Shown in pieces: positions 30,242-38,987 of a stretch of DNA of 61,496 bases. Source of the DNA: Actinomycetes bacterium (GTDB taxonomy: Bacteria > Actinomycetota > Actinomycetes > Actinomycetales > Cellulomonadaceae); NCBI GenBank assembly GCA_023432565.1, contig JAEYUL010000043.1:1-61496 (forward strand), in the 5' to 3' direction. A program made the position numbers and the translations under genes. The notes under the pieces were generated by a model that saw nothing but the letters and a program-made list of their open reading frames with translations, did not search any database and had not been told where the DNA came from. Within the stretch, counting starts at the first letter, position 1. Every line of letters begins with the position of its first letter.

Positions 30242-31768
30242 ATGACGCTCACCGTGGGAAGGGCTCCGACCGCCGGTCCCGGGCTGCCCGACCGGCGTGG
30301 ACGCGCGGTCGAGCCCCGACGGTCCTGGGCGTCCACCGAGCCGTTCGTCGTCCGCGAGACCATCTTCAACTCGGCGAGCGCGCGGCGGGTCCTCTGGCAG
30401 CGGATGGGCGTGCGATACGCGCTGCTCGCGATCGCGAGCGACATCGTCGCGGTGTCGCTCGTCGGCTCGGCGTTGGCCGTCATGGTCGACCCGACGTCGC
30501 GGTCGGTGCTGCTCACCGTGCTCGGGGCCCCGCTGTTCGTCGCAGCCGTGGGCGCGTTCCGCGGCTACCAGCGCAACGTCCTGGGCGACGGGCCGACGGA
30601 GTTCCAAGCGCTCGGCCGGGCCGCGCTGTCGCTCGGCGTCGTGCTGATGGCGGTCGCGTACTTCACCGGCCTGGACGCCCCGCGTGAGGTGGTGCTGGTG
30701 GGCGTGCCGGCGGTCGTCGTGCTGGCCGGTCTGCAGCGGTACGCCATGCGGATGCGGCTGCACCGCCAGCGCTCGTCCGGCGAGGCCATGATGGGCACGA
30801 TCGTCGTGGGCGACCAGCAGTCGGCGGGCCGCGTCGTGCGGGACCTGTCCCTGGCGGCGTACCACGGCTATCGCGTCGACGGCGTGTGTCTGCCGTCCGT
30901 CGACGACGCCGACCTCGTCGAGGGTGCCCCGGTGGTCGGGGCGATCGCGGATGTCGTGCAGGTCGTCGCCGACCGGGCGGCCGAGGTCGTCGTCGTGACG
31001 GGTTCCTCCGTGCACGGCGACGCGTTGCGACGCCTGTCGTGGGCGCTCGGGCGGGCCGGCGCGCACCTCGTCGTGGCGCCGGACCTCGTCGAGGTCGCCG
31101 GTCCGCGACTGTCGGTCAGGCCCACCGCGGGGTTGTCGCTGCTCGAGGTCCAGGTGGACCAGCCGCGCCGTCGGCTCATCGGCAAGTCGGTGCTCGACCT
31201 CGTCGTCTCGCTCGTCGCGAGTGTCGTCGCGCTGCCCGTCGTGCTGGTCAGCGTGCTGGCGATCCGACTCGACTCGCGCGGCCCCGCGTTCTACCGCCAG
31301 ACGCGGGTGGGCATCGACGGTGAGCCGTTCACGATCTACAAGCTGCGCACCATGTACGTGGACGCCGACGAGCGTCGCGCCGAGCTCGAGGCGCTGTCCG
31401 AGGGCAACGAGGTGCTGTTCAAGATGCGGCGGGACCCGCGGGTGACCCGCGTCGGGCGGGTGCTGCGCCGGTTCTCGATCGACGAGCTCCCGCAGCTGTG
31501 GAACGTCGTGCGGGGTGACATGTCGATCGTCGGCCCGCGGCCGCCGCTCGAGTCCGAGGTGGCCGGCTACCACGACAGCGTCCACCGGCGGCTGCACGTC
31601 AAGCCGGGCCTGACGGGTCTGTGGCAGGTGAGCGGGCGTTCCGACCTCGACTGGGAGGAGTCGGTGCAGCTCGACCTGCGGTACGTCGACAACTGGTCGG
31701 TCAGCATGGACATGCTCATCCTGTGGAAGACCGGTCGGGCCGTGCTGCGTGGGGCCGGGGCCTACTGA
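30242..31768 (+). CDS. Priming polyprenyl glycosylphosphotransferase (sugar transferase)
   Basis: N-terminal TMs; C-terminal YKLRTM, DPRVTRVG..LRR.SIDELPQLWNV..GDMSIVGPRP, KPGLTGLWQV and DL.YVDNWS. Confidence 0.95.
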   Translation: MTLTVGRAPTAGPGLPDRRGRAVEPRRSWASTEPFVVRETIFNSASARRVLWQRMGVRYALLAIASDIVAVSLVGSALAVMVDPTSRSVLLTVLGAPLFVAAVGAFRGYQRNVLGDGPTEFQALGRAALSLGVVLMAVAYFTGLDAPREVVLVGVPAVVVLAGLQRYAMRMRLHRQRSSGEAMMGTIVVGDQQSAGRVVRDLSLAAYHGYRVDGVCLPSVDDADLVEGAPVVGAIADVVQVVADRAAEVVVVTGSSVHGDALRRLSWALGRAGAHLVVAPDLVEVAGPRLSVRPTAGLSLLEVQVDQPRRRLIGKSVLDLVVSLVASVVALPVVLVSVLAIRLDSRGPAFYRQTRVGIDGEPFTIYKLRTMYVDADERRAELEALSEGNEVLFKMRRDPRVTRVGRVLRRFSIDELPQLWNVVRGDMSIVGPRPPLESEVAGYHDSVHRRLHVKPGLTGLWQVSGRSDLDWEESVQLDLRYVDNWSVSMDMLILWKTGRAVLRGAGAY

Positions 31769-31770
31769 CG

Positions 31771-33624
31771 ATGGCGGTTCCGCGCGTGCCCGTCGCCGAG
31801 CCGGACGGGACGAGCACGGAAGCCGGCGACCTGCTCGACGATCTTCCGGACGCGCCGGTGACCCGTGCCCGACGCAAGCGCGTCCTGGTCGGGGCGGTGC
31901 TCGTGGTGCTGCTCGCCGTGATCGCGGCCGCCGGGTGGCTCGTCTACCTCGGGACACAGGTGGCGGGTGCTCTGCGGAGCGTCGACGCGCACGTCGGTGC
32001 GGTGACGACCGGGGTCCGCGACGGTGACCTGGGCCCGCTCGCGGCTGCCGCCACGCCCATGGCATCGGCAGCGCAGCGGGCGTACGACGCCGCGCACGAC
32101 CCGGTCTGGCGCGCCGCTGCGCACCTGCCCGTCGTGGGGCGCCAGCTCGATGCCGTCACGGTGACGACCGAGTCGCTGCGCGAGGTCACCACGGACGCCG
32201 TTCCCGCTCTCGTGGCCGCAGGCGCTCAGATCGACCCGACGGTCCTGGTCCCGACGGCGGGCAGGCTCGATCTGGGGCCGTTGACGGACGCCGCGCCGCT
32301 GGTGGAGCGAGCGTCGGTGAGTGTGGACGCTGCGGCGCAGGGTCTCGCGGCGGTACCCACCGACGACCTGTGGCCGCTGCTGCGCGACAGGATCGAACCG
32401 GCGTCGGCCCGGCTCACGGACCTGGCGGCACAGCTCGGTGGGGCGAGCCGCGCGCTCGAGGTGGTGCCACGACTGCTGGGGGCGCAAGGGCCGCGCACGT
32501 ACCTCGTGCTGGTGCTCAATCCCGCCGAGCTGCGCAGCGCGGGTGGCATCGTCGGCTCGGTCCTGGAGGTCTCCACCGATGACGGCGAGGTGGTCGTGCA
32601 GGACCAGCGTGCGGCCCGTGACCTCGTGCAGCCCCGCGAGCCCGTCGTCGAGCTGACCGACGCCGAGCGTGCGCTGCTCGGGGACGCGCCGGGCCGCTTC
32701 ATGCAGAGCGTCACCGCGAGCCCGGACTTCGCGCGCACCGCCGAGCTCGCCTCGGCGCTGTGGGCCCGGAGCACCGGCGGGCAGGTGGACGGCGTCGTGA
32801 CGATCGACCCTGTCGTCCTCGCCGCGGTCCTGCGCGCGACGGGCCCGTTGCAGCTGCCGGACGGCACGACGCTCGACGCGGGGTCCGTGGTGGGGGACCT
32901 CCTGTCGGACGCGTACGTGCGCTACCCGGACCCGGCGGCGACCGACGAGTACTTCGGTCAGGTCGCGGCGACCGTCGCCGCTGCCGCACTGGGGGGCGTC
33001 GCGGACGGACGGGCGATGCTCGAGGCTCTGCGGGAGGGGTCGGGCGACGGGCGGATCCGCCTGTGGACCTCGGACGACGTGGTGACGGACCTGCTGGCGG
33101 GGACACCGTTCGACGGCTCGTTCCTGCTCGCCCCGGATGCCGCCGCCGAAGGAGCTGCGGGCGTGTTCCTCAACGACGCGACGGTCTCGAAGATGGACTA
33201 CTACCTCGACGTCGACGTCTCGGGGGCGCTCACGTGCTCGGCGGGTGCGACGGGTGTCGTGCGGACGACTCTGACCTCCCGCGCCCCGCTCGAGGCGTCG
33301 ACGACCCTGCCGTCGTACGTGACCGGTGCTGGCCGCCACGGGACCCCGGCCGGGTCGATCACCACGCAGGTGCTGGTGTACAGCCCGCTGGGTGCGCAGA
33401 TCGCGGAGGTCCGGCTGGTCGACGGCACGTCCGAGTCGGTGGTCGGGGCCAGGACGGTCCAGGACCGTGGACGCGAGGCGGTGGCGGTCACGGTGACCCT
33501 GGCGCCCGGTGAGGCCTCGACGCTCGAGGTCGAGCTGCGCCTCGCGGAGGGCAGCCGCGCGATGGCGGTGCGGAGCACGCAGGGGCTGGCCGGGAAGGGG
33601 GGCGGAACTGTAGCAAGGTGTTAG
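31771..33624 (+). CDS. DUF4012-domain membrane-anchored protein
   Basis: Single N-terminal TM and helical stalk; GPRTYLVL.LNPAELRSAGGIVG, SPDF, DGVVTIDP and NDAT.SKMDYYL motifs. Confidence 0.82.
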   Translation: MAVPRVPVAEPDGTSTEAGDLLDDLPDAPVTRARRKRVLVGAVLVVLLAVIAAAGWLVYLGTQVAGALRSVDAHVGAVTTGVRDGDLGPLAAAATPMASAAQRAYDAAHDPVWRAAAHLPVVGRQLDAVTVTTESLREVTTDAVPALVAAGAQIDPTVLVPTAGRLDLGPLTDAAPLVERASVSVDAAAQGLAAVPTDDLWPLLRDRIEPASARLTDLAAQLGGASRALEVVPRLLGAQGPRTYLVLVLNPAELRSAGGIVGSVLEVSTDDGEVVVQDQRAARDLVQPREPVVELTDAERALLGDAPGRFMQSVTASPDFARTAELASALWARSTGGQVDGVVTIDPVVLAAVLRATGPLQLPDGTTLDAGSVVGDLLSDAYVRYPDPAATDEYFGQVAATVAAAALGGVADGRAMLEALREGSGDGRIRLWTSDDVVTDLLAGTPFDGSFLLAPDAAAEGAAGVFLNDATVSKMDYYLDVDVSGALTCSAGATGVVRTTLTSRAPLEASTTLPSYVTGAGRHGTPAGSITTQVLVYSPLGAQIAEVRLVDGTSESVVGARTVQDRGREAVAVTVTLAPGEASTLEVELRLAEGSRAMAVRSTQGLAGKGGGTVARC

Positions 33625-33677
33625 TGGTTTCTCGCGGCAAGTGTGCTGCTCAGAAGGGTGGTCGTCGTCGGCAACGA

Positions 33678-33721
33678 TGTGACGTCCATCACACCTGTCC
33701 AAATAGTCACGATCGGGTTAC
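33678..33721 (+). promoter_or_regulatory. CRP/GlxR-type site (TGTGA-N6-TCACA) plus MtrA/GlnR-type box (GTCAC-N6-GTTAC)
   Basis: TGTGACGTCCATCACA at 33678-33693; GTCACGATCGGGTTAC at 33706-33721. Confidence 0.6.
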
Positions 33722-33756
33722 GACGAACGCCCCGATTGCACCCATCATGTCTTCGC

Positions 33757-35907
33757 ATGAGTGCATTGTCGGTTGCCGGGCGCCACGCCGCCCCAGCGCC
33801 CCGGGTTCGTCTGCGAGTCGTGCTCGCAGCCCTGCTGGCCGTCGCGCTGGCGTTGGTGCTCGGCGCCCGGCCGGAGTCGGCAACCGCAGCGACGACCACC
33901 AAGGTCACGCTCACGCCCACCCAGGCGAGCTTCACCTCGTCGACCGCGCCGACGACGAAGTACGGCAAGTACGACGTGCTCGTCGCGACCTCGGCGGTCT
34001 ACCGGACCTACCTGACGTTCGACACGTCCAGGATCCCCGCCGGTGCGACGGTGACCGGCGCGACGCTCGCCATGTCCGTGCGCTCGACGGCGACGACCAA
34101 GCCCGGCCTCGCCGTGCGCAAGGTCGCGCCGGGATGGTCCGCCGCGACGATCACGGGCGCCAACCGTCCCGTGGCGAGCGGAGGCGTCCTGAACGCTCAT
34201 GGCACGGCCAAGGCGGGCGCGGTGACCACGGTGTCGCTCGCCACCGGTGGCGTCACGGTCGGCAAGGCGTCGTCGTTCGAGGTGCTCTACGAGGTCCTCG
34301 CGGCCGGCGTCAACTTCGACAAGAGCGGCGCCAAGGCACCCAAGCTCACGGTGACCTACACCGTCGGCGCGCCCACGGCGTCGCCCACCGCGTCCGCCAG
34401 CGCGACGGCCACCCGGACCGCGACCCCGTCCCCGACCGTCGCTCCCACGAAGAGCCCGTCGCCCACCCCCGCGCCGACGGCGAGCCCGACGGTCAAGCCC
34501 ACGCCCACGCCGACGCCGACCCGCACGGCCGCGCCGCCGTCGAACCCGGCACCCGGAGGCCAGGACGGGCTGCCGTACAAGCTCGCCCCGACCGGCGACG
34601 CGAAGGTGTTCGCGCACTACTTCACGCCGTTCCCTATCTCGATCGACAACAAGACGCCCTCCAGCGACTACTACGCGGTGAACTACCTGACGCCCGACGG
34701 TGAGGGCGGGGCCCATCGCTCGTACGGCGGCTTCCTGCGCGACCGTCCGCTCCCGCGCGCGCCGTTGTCCGGGGACTGGCAGCTCGCCGACATGAAGACC
34801 GAGGTCGGCCAGGCGGCCGACGCGGGCATCGACGGCTTCATCGTCGACCTGCTGAACCTCGAGAACTTCCACTGGGAGCGCGCGCTGCGGCTCGCCGACG
34901 CGGCCAAGGCCGACGGCCGAGGCTTCGTCGTCATCCCGCAGCTCGACATGACGACGTCCGCCGGCTCGTCGAGCGTGGCCACCATCGCGGCGAAGTACGC
35001 CGAGTTCCTCAAGAAGCCGGCGGCCTACCGCCTGAGCGACGGGCGCCCTGTCATCTCGGCGTTCAAGGCCGAGGCGCAGTCAGCCGACTGGTGGAAGAGC
35101 GTGCTGAGCAGGCTGAAGTCGAGCTACGGGATCGACGCCGCGTTCCTGCCGACCTTCCTCAACGCCTCCGACGAGAACCTCAAGGAGTTCTCGCCTATCT
35201 CCTACGCGCAGGGGGTGTGGGGCACGCGCAACCCGGGCAACATCGAGGCCGGCGCGAACCTCGCCGCCAAGGCTCACGCGCTGGGCGACAAGTGGCTCGC
35301 ACCGGTCTCCGTGCAGGACGAGCGGCCGAACCAGGCCTACTACCAGGAGGCCGCGAACCTCGAGACGCTGCGCGCCTCGTGGGAGCGGGCGATCGCCGAC
35401 GGTGCCGACATGGTGCAGCTCGTCGCCTGGAACGACTACAGCGAGAACACGGTCTTCGCGCCGTCCGTCGAGCACGGCACCGCGTTCCTCGACGTCAGCG
35501 GCTACTACCAGACGCAGTTCAAGACGGGGAAGGCTCCTGCGGTGACCGGCGACGCCGTCTACGTCACGCACCGCAAGCAGCCCGTCGACGCCGACCCGCA
35601 GCTGTCGCACACCCTGATGCGGCTGATGTCCGGCGGCACCACGTCGACCAAGCCGCGCGACACCGTCGAGGTCCAGACCTTCCTGACCGCACCGGCCCAG
35701 GTCACCGTCAAGATCGGTACCAAGACGTCCACGTACACGGCTCCTGCGGGAGTGTCGGCCCAGACGTTCCCGCTCGGCCTCGGCAGCGTGAGTGTCGTGG
35801 CGGAGCGCTCGGGGATGCCGATCGCGTCGGCGGCGACGGATGACAAGGTCACGGCGAGCCCGCTCGTCCAGGACCTGCAGTACGTGGCGGCCTCGAGCCG
35901 TGACTGA
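33757..35907 (+). CDS. Secreted GH71-like glycoside hydrolase with N-terminal DNRLRE/CBM96-like domain and Pro/Thr linker
   Basis: Signal peptide (…ESATAA); YLTFD…GATVTGATL module; PT-rich linker; KVFAHY, AGIDGF and WNDYSE motifs. Confidence 0.75.
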   Translation: MSALSVAGRHAAPAPRVRLRVVLAALLAVALALVLGARPESATAATTTKVTLTPTQASFTSSTAPTTKYGKYDVLVATSAVYRTYLTFDTSRIPAGATVTGATLAMSVRSTATTKPGLAVRKVAPGWSAATITGANRPVASGGVLNAHGTAKAGAVTTVSLATGGVTVGKASSFEVLYEVLAAGVNFDKSGAKAPKLTVTYTVGAPTASPTASASATATRTATPSPTVAPTKSPSPTPAPTASPTVKPTPTPTPTRTAAPPSNPAPGGQDGLPYKLAPTGDAKVFAHYFTPFPISIDNKTPSSDYYAVNYLTPDGEGGAHRSYGGFLRDRPLPRAPLSGDWQLADMKTEVGQAADAGIDGFIVDLLNLENFHWERALRLADAAKADGRGFVVIPQLDMTTSAGSSSVATIAAKYAEFLKKPAAYRLSDGRPVISAFKAEAQSADWWKSVLSRLKSSYGIDAAFLPTFLNASDENLKEFSPISYAQGVWGTRNPGNIEAGANLAAKAHALGDKWLAPVSVQDERPNQAYYQEAANLETLRASWERAIADGADMVQLVAWNDYSENTVFAPSVEHGTAFLDVSGYYQTQFKTGKAPAVTGDAVYVTHRKQPVDADPQLSHTLMRLMSGGTTSTKPRDTVEVQTFLTAPAQVTVKIGTKTSTYTAPAGVSAQTFPLGLGSVSVVAERSGMPIASAATDDKVTASPLVQDLQYVAASSRD

Positions 35908-35956
35908 GGTCCGGCTGCTGGCCTTCGGGGCCTGACGTCCGGGAGCGGCCGCGGCC

Positions 35957-36661
35957 CTAGAACGCGCGCTCGACGGTCTCGTCCGTGGCGGGCAGGTAGA
36001 GCCGCCGCGTGCTCCCGGTCGAGCGCTCGAACCACGCACCGTCGACGTCGCCGATCCGTCGTGCGGGGACCCCGCCGTACAGACCCGGGTCCTGGTCGTC
36101 GCGTGCCCGCGTCACCACGGCGCCGGCCGCCACGACGGAGCGGGACGGCACACGCGCACCTCCGAGCACCGTGCAGCGGGTCGAGACGAACGTCCGAGCG
36201 CCCACGACGATGGGTGCCGTGGTCTGCGCGTCGCGCTTGAGGTCGAGGGAGTGCGTGAGGAACAGCGAGTCGCGACCGGCCACGAGCGCGAGCTCGTCGA
36301 GCGTGATGCCGCCCGAGCAGTCGAACGTGTGCCGGCTCGTGATGCCGCTGCGGGGAGCGAGCGTCAGGTGCGACCCGTCGGGGAAGTAGCGGCGGTACGC
36401 CGGGGCCGTCGAGACGGTGTTGTAGTTGCCCAGGCTGGCGCCCTCGCCCAGGGACACCAGGCGCAGCTGCTTGAGGCCGTTGAACCGGCCGATGCGCGCT
36501 CCCGCGGCGAGCTCGACACGGTCCACCCGCCAGACGAGGTTCGGGCGAGCGACGGCGTCGGCGGCGAGCACGTGCCCGAAGGGCCGCAGCACCGCCCGCT
36601 TCACGGCGCCGGACGGCAGCAGCCACGCCAGTGCGACGGCGACGTCCCTGATCCTGCTCAT
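35957..36661 (-). CDS. Left-handed beta-helix (hexapeptide) acyltransferase
   Basis: DCSGGITL, FLTHS.D, APIVVG…VLGGA.VP..SVVAAGAVV and GGVPAR. ATGA overlap with the flippase gene. Confidence 0.8.
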   Translation of the reverse strand: MSRIRDVAVALAWLLPSGAVKRAVLRPFGHVLAADAVARPNLVWRVDRVELAAGARIGRFNGLKQLRLVSLGEGASLGNYNTVSTAPAYRRYFPDGSHLTLAPRSGITSRHTFDCSGGITLDELALVAGRDSLFLTHSLDLKRDAQTTAPIVVGARTFVSTRCTVLGGARVPSRSVVAAGAVVTRARDDQDPGLYGGVPARRIGDVDGAWFERSTGSTRRLYLPATDETVERAF

Positions 36662-37980
36662 GTCGAGACCTCCGCGACTGGCTGCTCGGTGGGTTGCGTG
36701 GCGCGCTGCGTGGTCGTCGGGTCGTCGTGCTCGGCCAGCCGGACGGGTTCGGGCGTCGACCTGATCACGAGCAACCCACCGACGACGCGGACGAGGAGCC
36801 CGACGAGTACCGCGAGCAGGGCCCCGGGAGTGCCCCAGAGGTGCGCACCGACGGGCACCAGCAGAAGTCCGACGAGTGCGCCGAGCGCGGTCAGTCGGGC
36901 GACGGTGCGGATCCGGCCGAGCGGTACCAGGGCAGCGCGTGAGACCGCCGACTCGAAGAGGTTGGTCGCGACCAGCAGCCCGACCAGCACCGCGGACACG
37001 GCGGCGGTCTCGACGTGTCCGGCGCCGAGCCACTGCACGAGCCACGGGGTGGTCAGCGCGACGACGGCGGCGATCAGGACGCCCGCGCACGCGGCGACGG
37101 CAAGCGCACGCCGCACGCGCAGGTGCATCCCGCCGGCGGGGGCGCGGGGTACCCAGCCCTGCAGGACGCTCTGCACGGGCTGCAGTGCGACGTATGCCTG
37201 CTTCTGCAGCTTGTCGAGCAGCGCAAAGCTCGCCAGGGCCGAGGGAACCGTGAGCCCCACGATCACCACGGGCACGGCGGTGTACGCCGCGCCGAGAGCG
37301 GAGGTCGTGACGCCTGCCCCCTGCTCGCGCAGGACCGTGCCGACGGGCCTGATGGGCTGACGCGCGGCGGCCGGCAGCCGGGTGACGTGCCGGATCCACA
37401 GCGAGCAGGCGGCCACGCCCGCGACCATGCCTGCGAGCTGTCCCAGCAGTCCCGCCTCGGCCCCGGAGCCGGCGCGCATCGCGAGGATGCCGAGCAGCGT
37501 GCCGGCAGCGCGGGGCAGCGTCTCGTACACGAAGAGTCGGTACGGGGCCACGGTCCCGACGAAGTACCAGGCGGCGGTGAGTCCGATCGTGGCGGCGCAG
37601 CAGGCGGCGAGCACGGCGAGCCAGGTGTGGTGACGGGCGACGAGCGCCGCGACCCCCGCGGTCGCGAGCAGCACCGGTGCGGCCAGGGCTCCCCGGGCGC
37701 GCAAGGACTCGACGTAGCGTCGCCACCGCTCGGCGCTGCCTGCGCGGGCGACGTCGGCCGGGCCGGACACCCCCCAGCCCAGGTACAGCACCACTGCGGA
37801 CACCATGCCGACGGCCTGACCGGTCGCGATCGCTCCCCAGGCCGCAGGCCCGCTCGCATGAATCATCTCGGGGATCGACCACAGCGCGACGACCGCGAGC
37901 ACGGCCATCGACAGGCCGAAGCCGACGAGAGGCGCGACCGAGGCGCGTGCAACCGCACGCGTCGTCGGCTCTGCCGGCAT
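36658..37980 (-). CDS. Putative Wzx-type polysaccharide flippase
   Basis: About 12 hydrophobic segments, WGAIATGQ…GWG..GP and WYFVG; locus context; GAGGAG RBS before ATG 37980. Confidence 0.7.
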   Translation of the reverse strand: MPAEPTTRAVARASVAPLVGFGLSMAVLAVVALWSIPEMIHASGPAAWGAIATGQAVGMVSAVVLYLGWGVSGPADVARAGSAERWRRYVESLRARGALAAPVLLATAGVAALVARHHTWLAVLAACCAATIGLTAAWYFVGTVAPYRLFVYETLPRAAGTLLGILAMRAGSGAEAGLLGQLAGMVAGVAACSLWIRHVTRLPAAARQPIRPVGTVLREQGAGVTTSALGAAYTAVPVVIVGLTVPSALASFALLDKLQKQAYVALQPVQSVLQGWVPRAPAGGMHLRVRRALAVAACAGVLIAAVVALTTPWLVQWLGAGHVETAAVSAVLVGLLVATNLFESAVSRAALVPLGRIRTVARLTALGALVGLLLVPVGAHLWGTPGALLAVLVGLLVRVVGGLLVIRSTPEPVRLAEHDDPTTTQRATQPTEQPVAEVST

Positions 37981-38075
37981 CTGTGTCTCCTCGTCCGTCA
38001 GGAACCGACCGTCGGGCACGGGATCCATGCCCGGAAAGTCCCGATCTGCCCGGTCGGCCTCATGGTAGTCGCGCG

Positions 38076-38804
38076 TCACGGGGCGCTGGCGGGTGAACCC
38101 TGACGCGCGCGCAGGGCGCGCGACCATCGCACGAGGAGCGCCGCGCCGACGAGCGTCGTGAGCACCAGCAGTGCGGTGTACACGACGCGGAAGGCGGCCG
38201 GTGCGCCCCACAGGAGGAAGGCCCCGGCCAGGATCCCGAAGTCTGCGGGCAGCAGGGCGAGCGCGCGGACCGTCGACGGCGTGCGGGGTGCGGGCGTCCC
38301 GGATGCGCGCCGCAGCAGCGGCTCGAGCGTGCCGGCCGCGAACACCACGACCGCGACCAGCTGATAGGCGAGCGGCACGAGCAGCCACCGGTCGGAGGGG
38401 ACGAGCTCGAACCGGAACCACGCGATCAGCACGGCGCCGTGGACCGCGACGTGCTTGCCGGCGTCGACCACGTGGTCCAGCCACTCGCCGGCGGCGGAGC
38501 CCGTCCCGGTGTAGCGCGCCACCTGGCCGTCGGCGGAGTCCAGTGCGAACCCGAGCACGAGCAGGAGCGCCACGACGACTCCGAGGGCGAACGACGGGGG
38601 CCACGTGCACAGCGCGACGAGAGCCAGGCCGCTCACTGCGGCGCTCGCTGCGGTCACGCCGTCGGCCGAGACGCCCAGACGCACGGCCACGGCGGCCAGC
38701 GGTCGGCCCAGAGGGCGGTTCACCCACCGCGAGTAGAGCGAGACGCCGACGGCCGACTTCTGCGACCGGGCGAGCTCGGAGATGACGGTGCCCAGGGTGC
38801 CCAC
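38076..38804 (-). CDS. CDP-alcohol phosphatidyltransferase family protein
   Basis: Complete signature DSADGQVAR…GEWLDHVVD. Confidence 0.9.
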   Translation of the reverse strand: MGTLGTVISELARSQKSAVGVSLYSRWVNRPLGRPLAAVAVRLGVSADGVTAASAAVSGLALVALCTWPPSFALGVVVALLLVLGFALDSADGQVARYTGTGSAAGEWLDHVVDAGKHVAVHGAVLIAWFRFELVPSDRWLLVPLAYQLVAVVVFAAGTLEPLLRRASGTPAPRTPSTVRALALLPADFGILAGAFLLWGAPAAFRVVYTALLVLTTLVGAALLVRWSRALRARQGSPASAP

Positions 38805-38987
38805 GCTGGTAAACGTGCCGTGTCAGTTGCCCGGAATGCAACAGTTCGCCCCATCTTCACCCGTGAGGATGCCCGAACGCCTCGCAGCGGGTGATTTCGC
38901 ACCCGTATGCGTCATTCGTCCGGTTTTCCGTCCTACCCTTTGGACGTTTCGTGGGCGTCAGTGCGTGCGACGAGGGATCGAGGACCG

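Noticed and set aside
38091..38100. GGGTGAACCC as another copy of the locus promoter motif
   Set aside because: It lies within coding sequence and lacks the 45-nt spacing to a -10.
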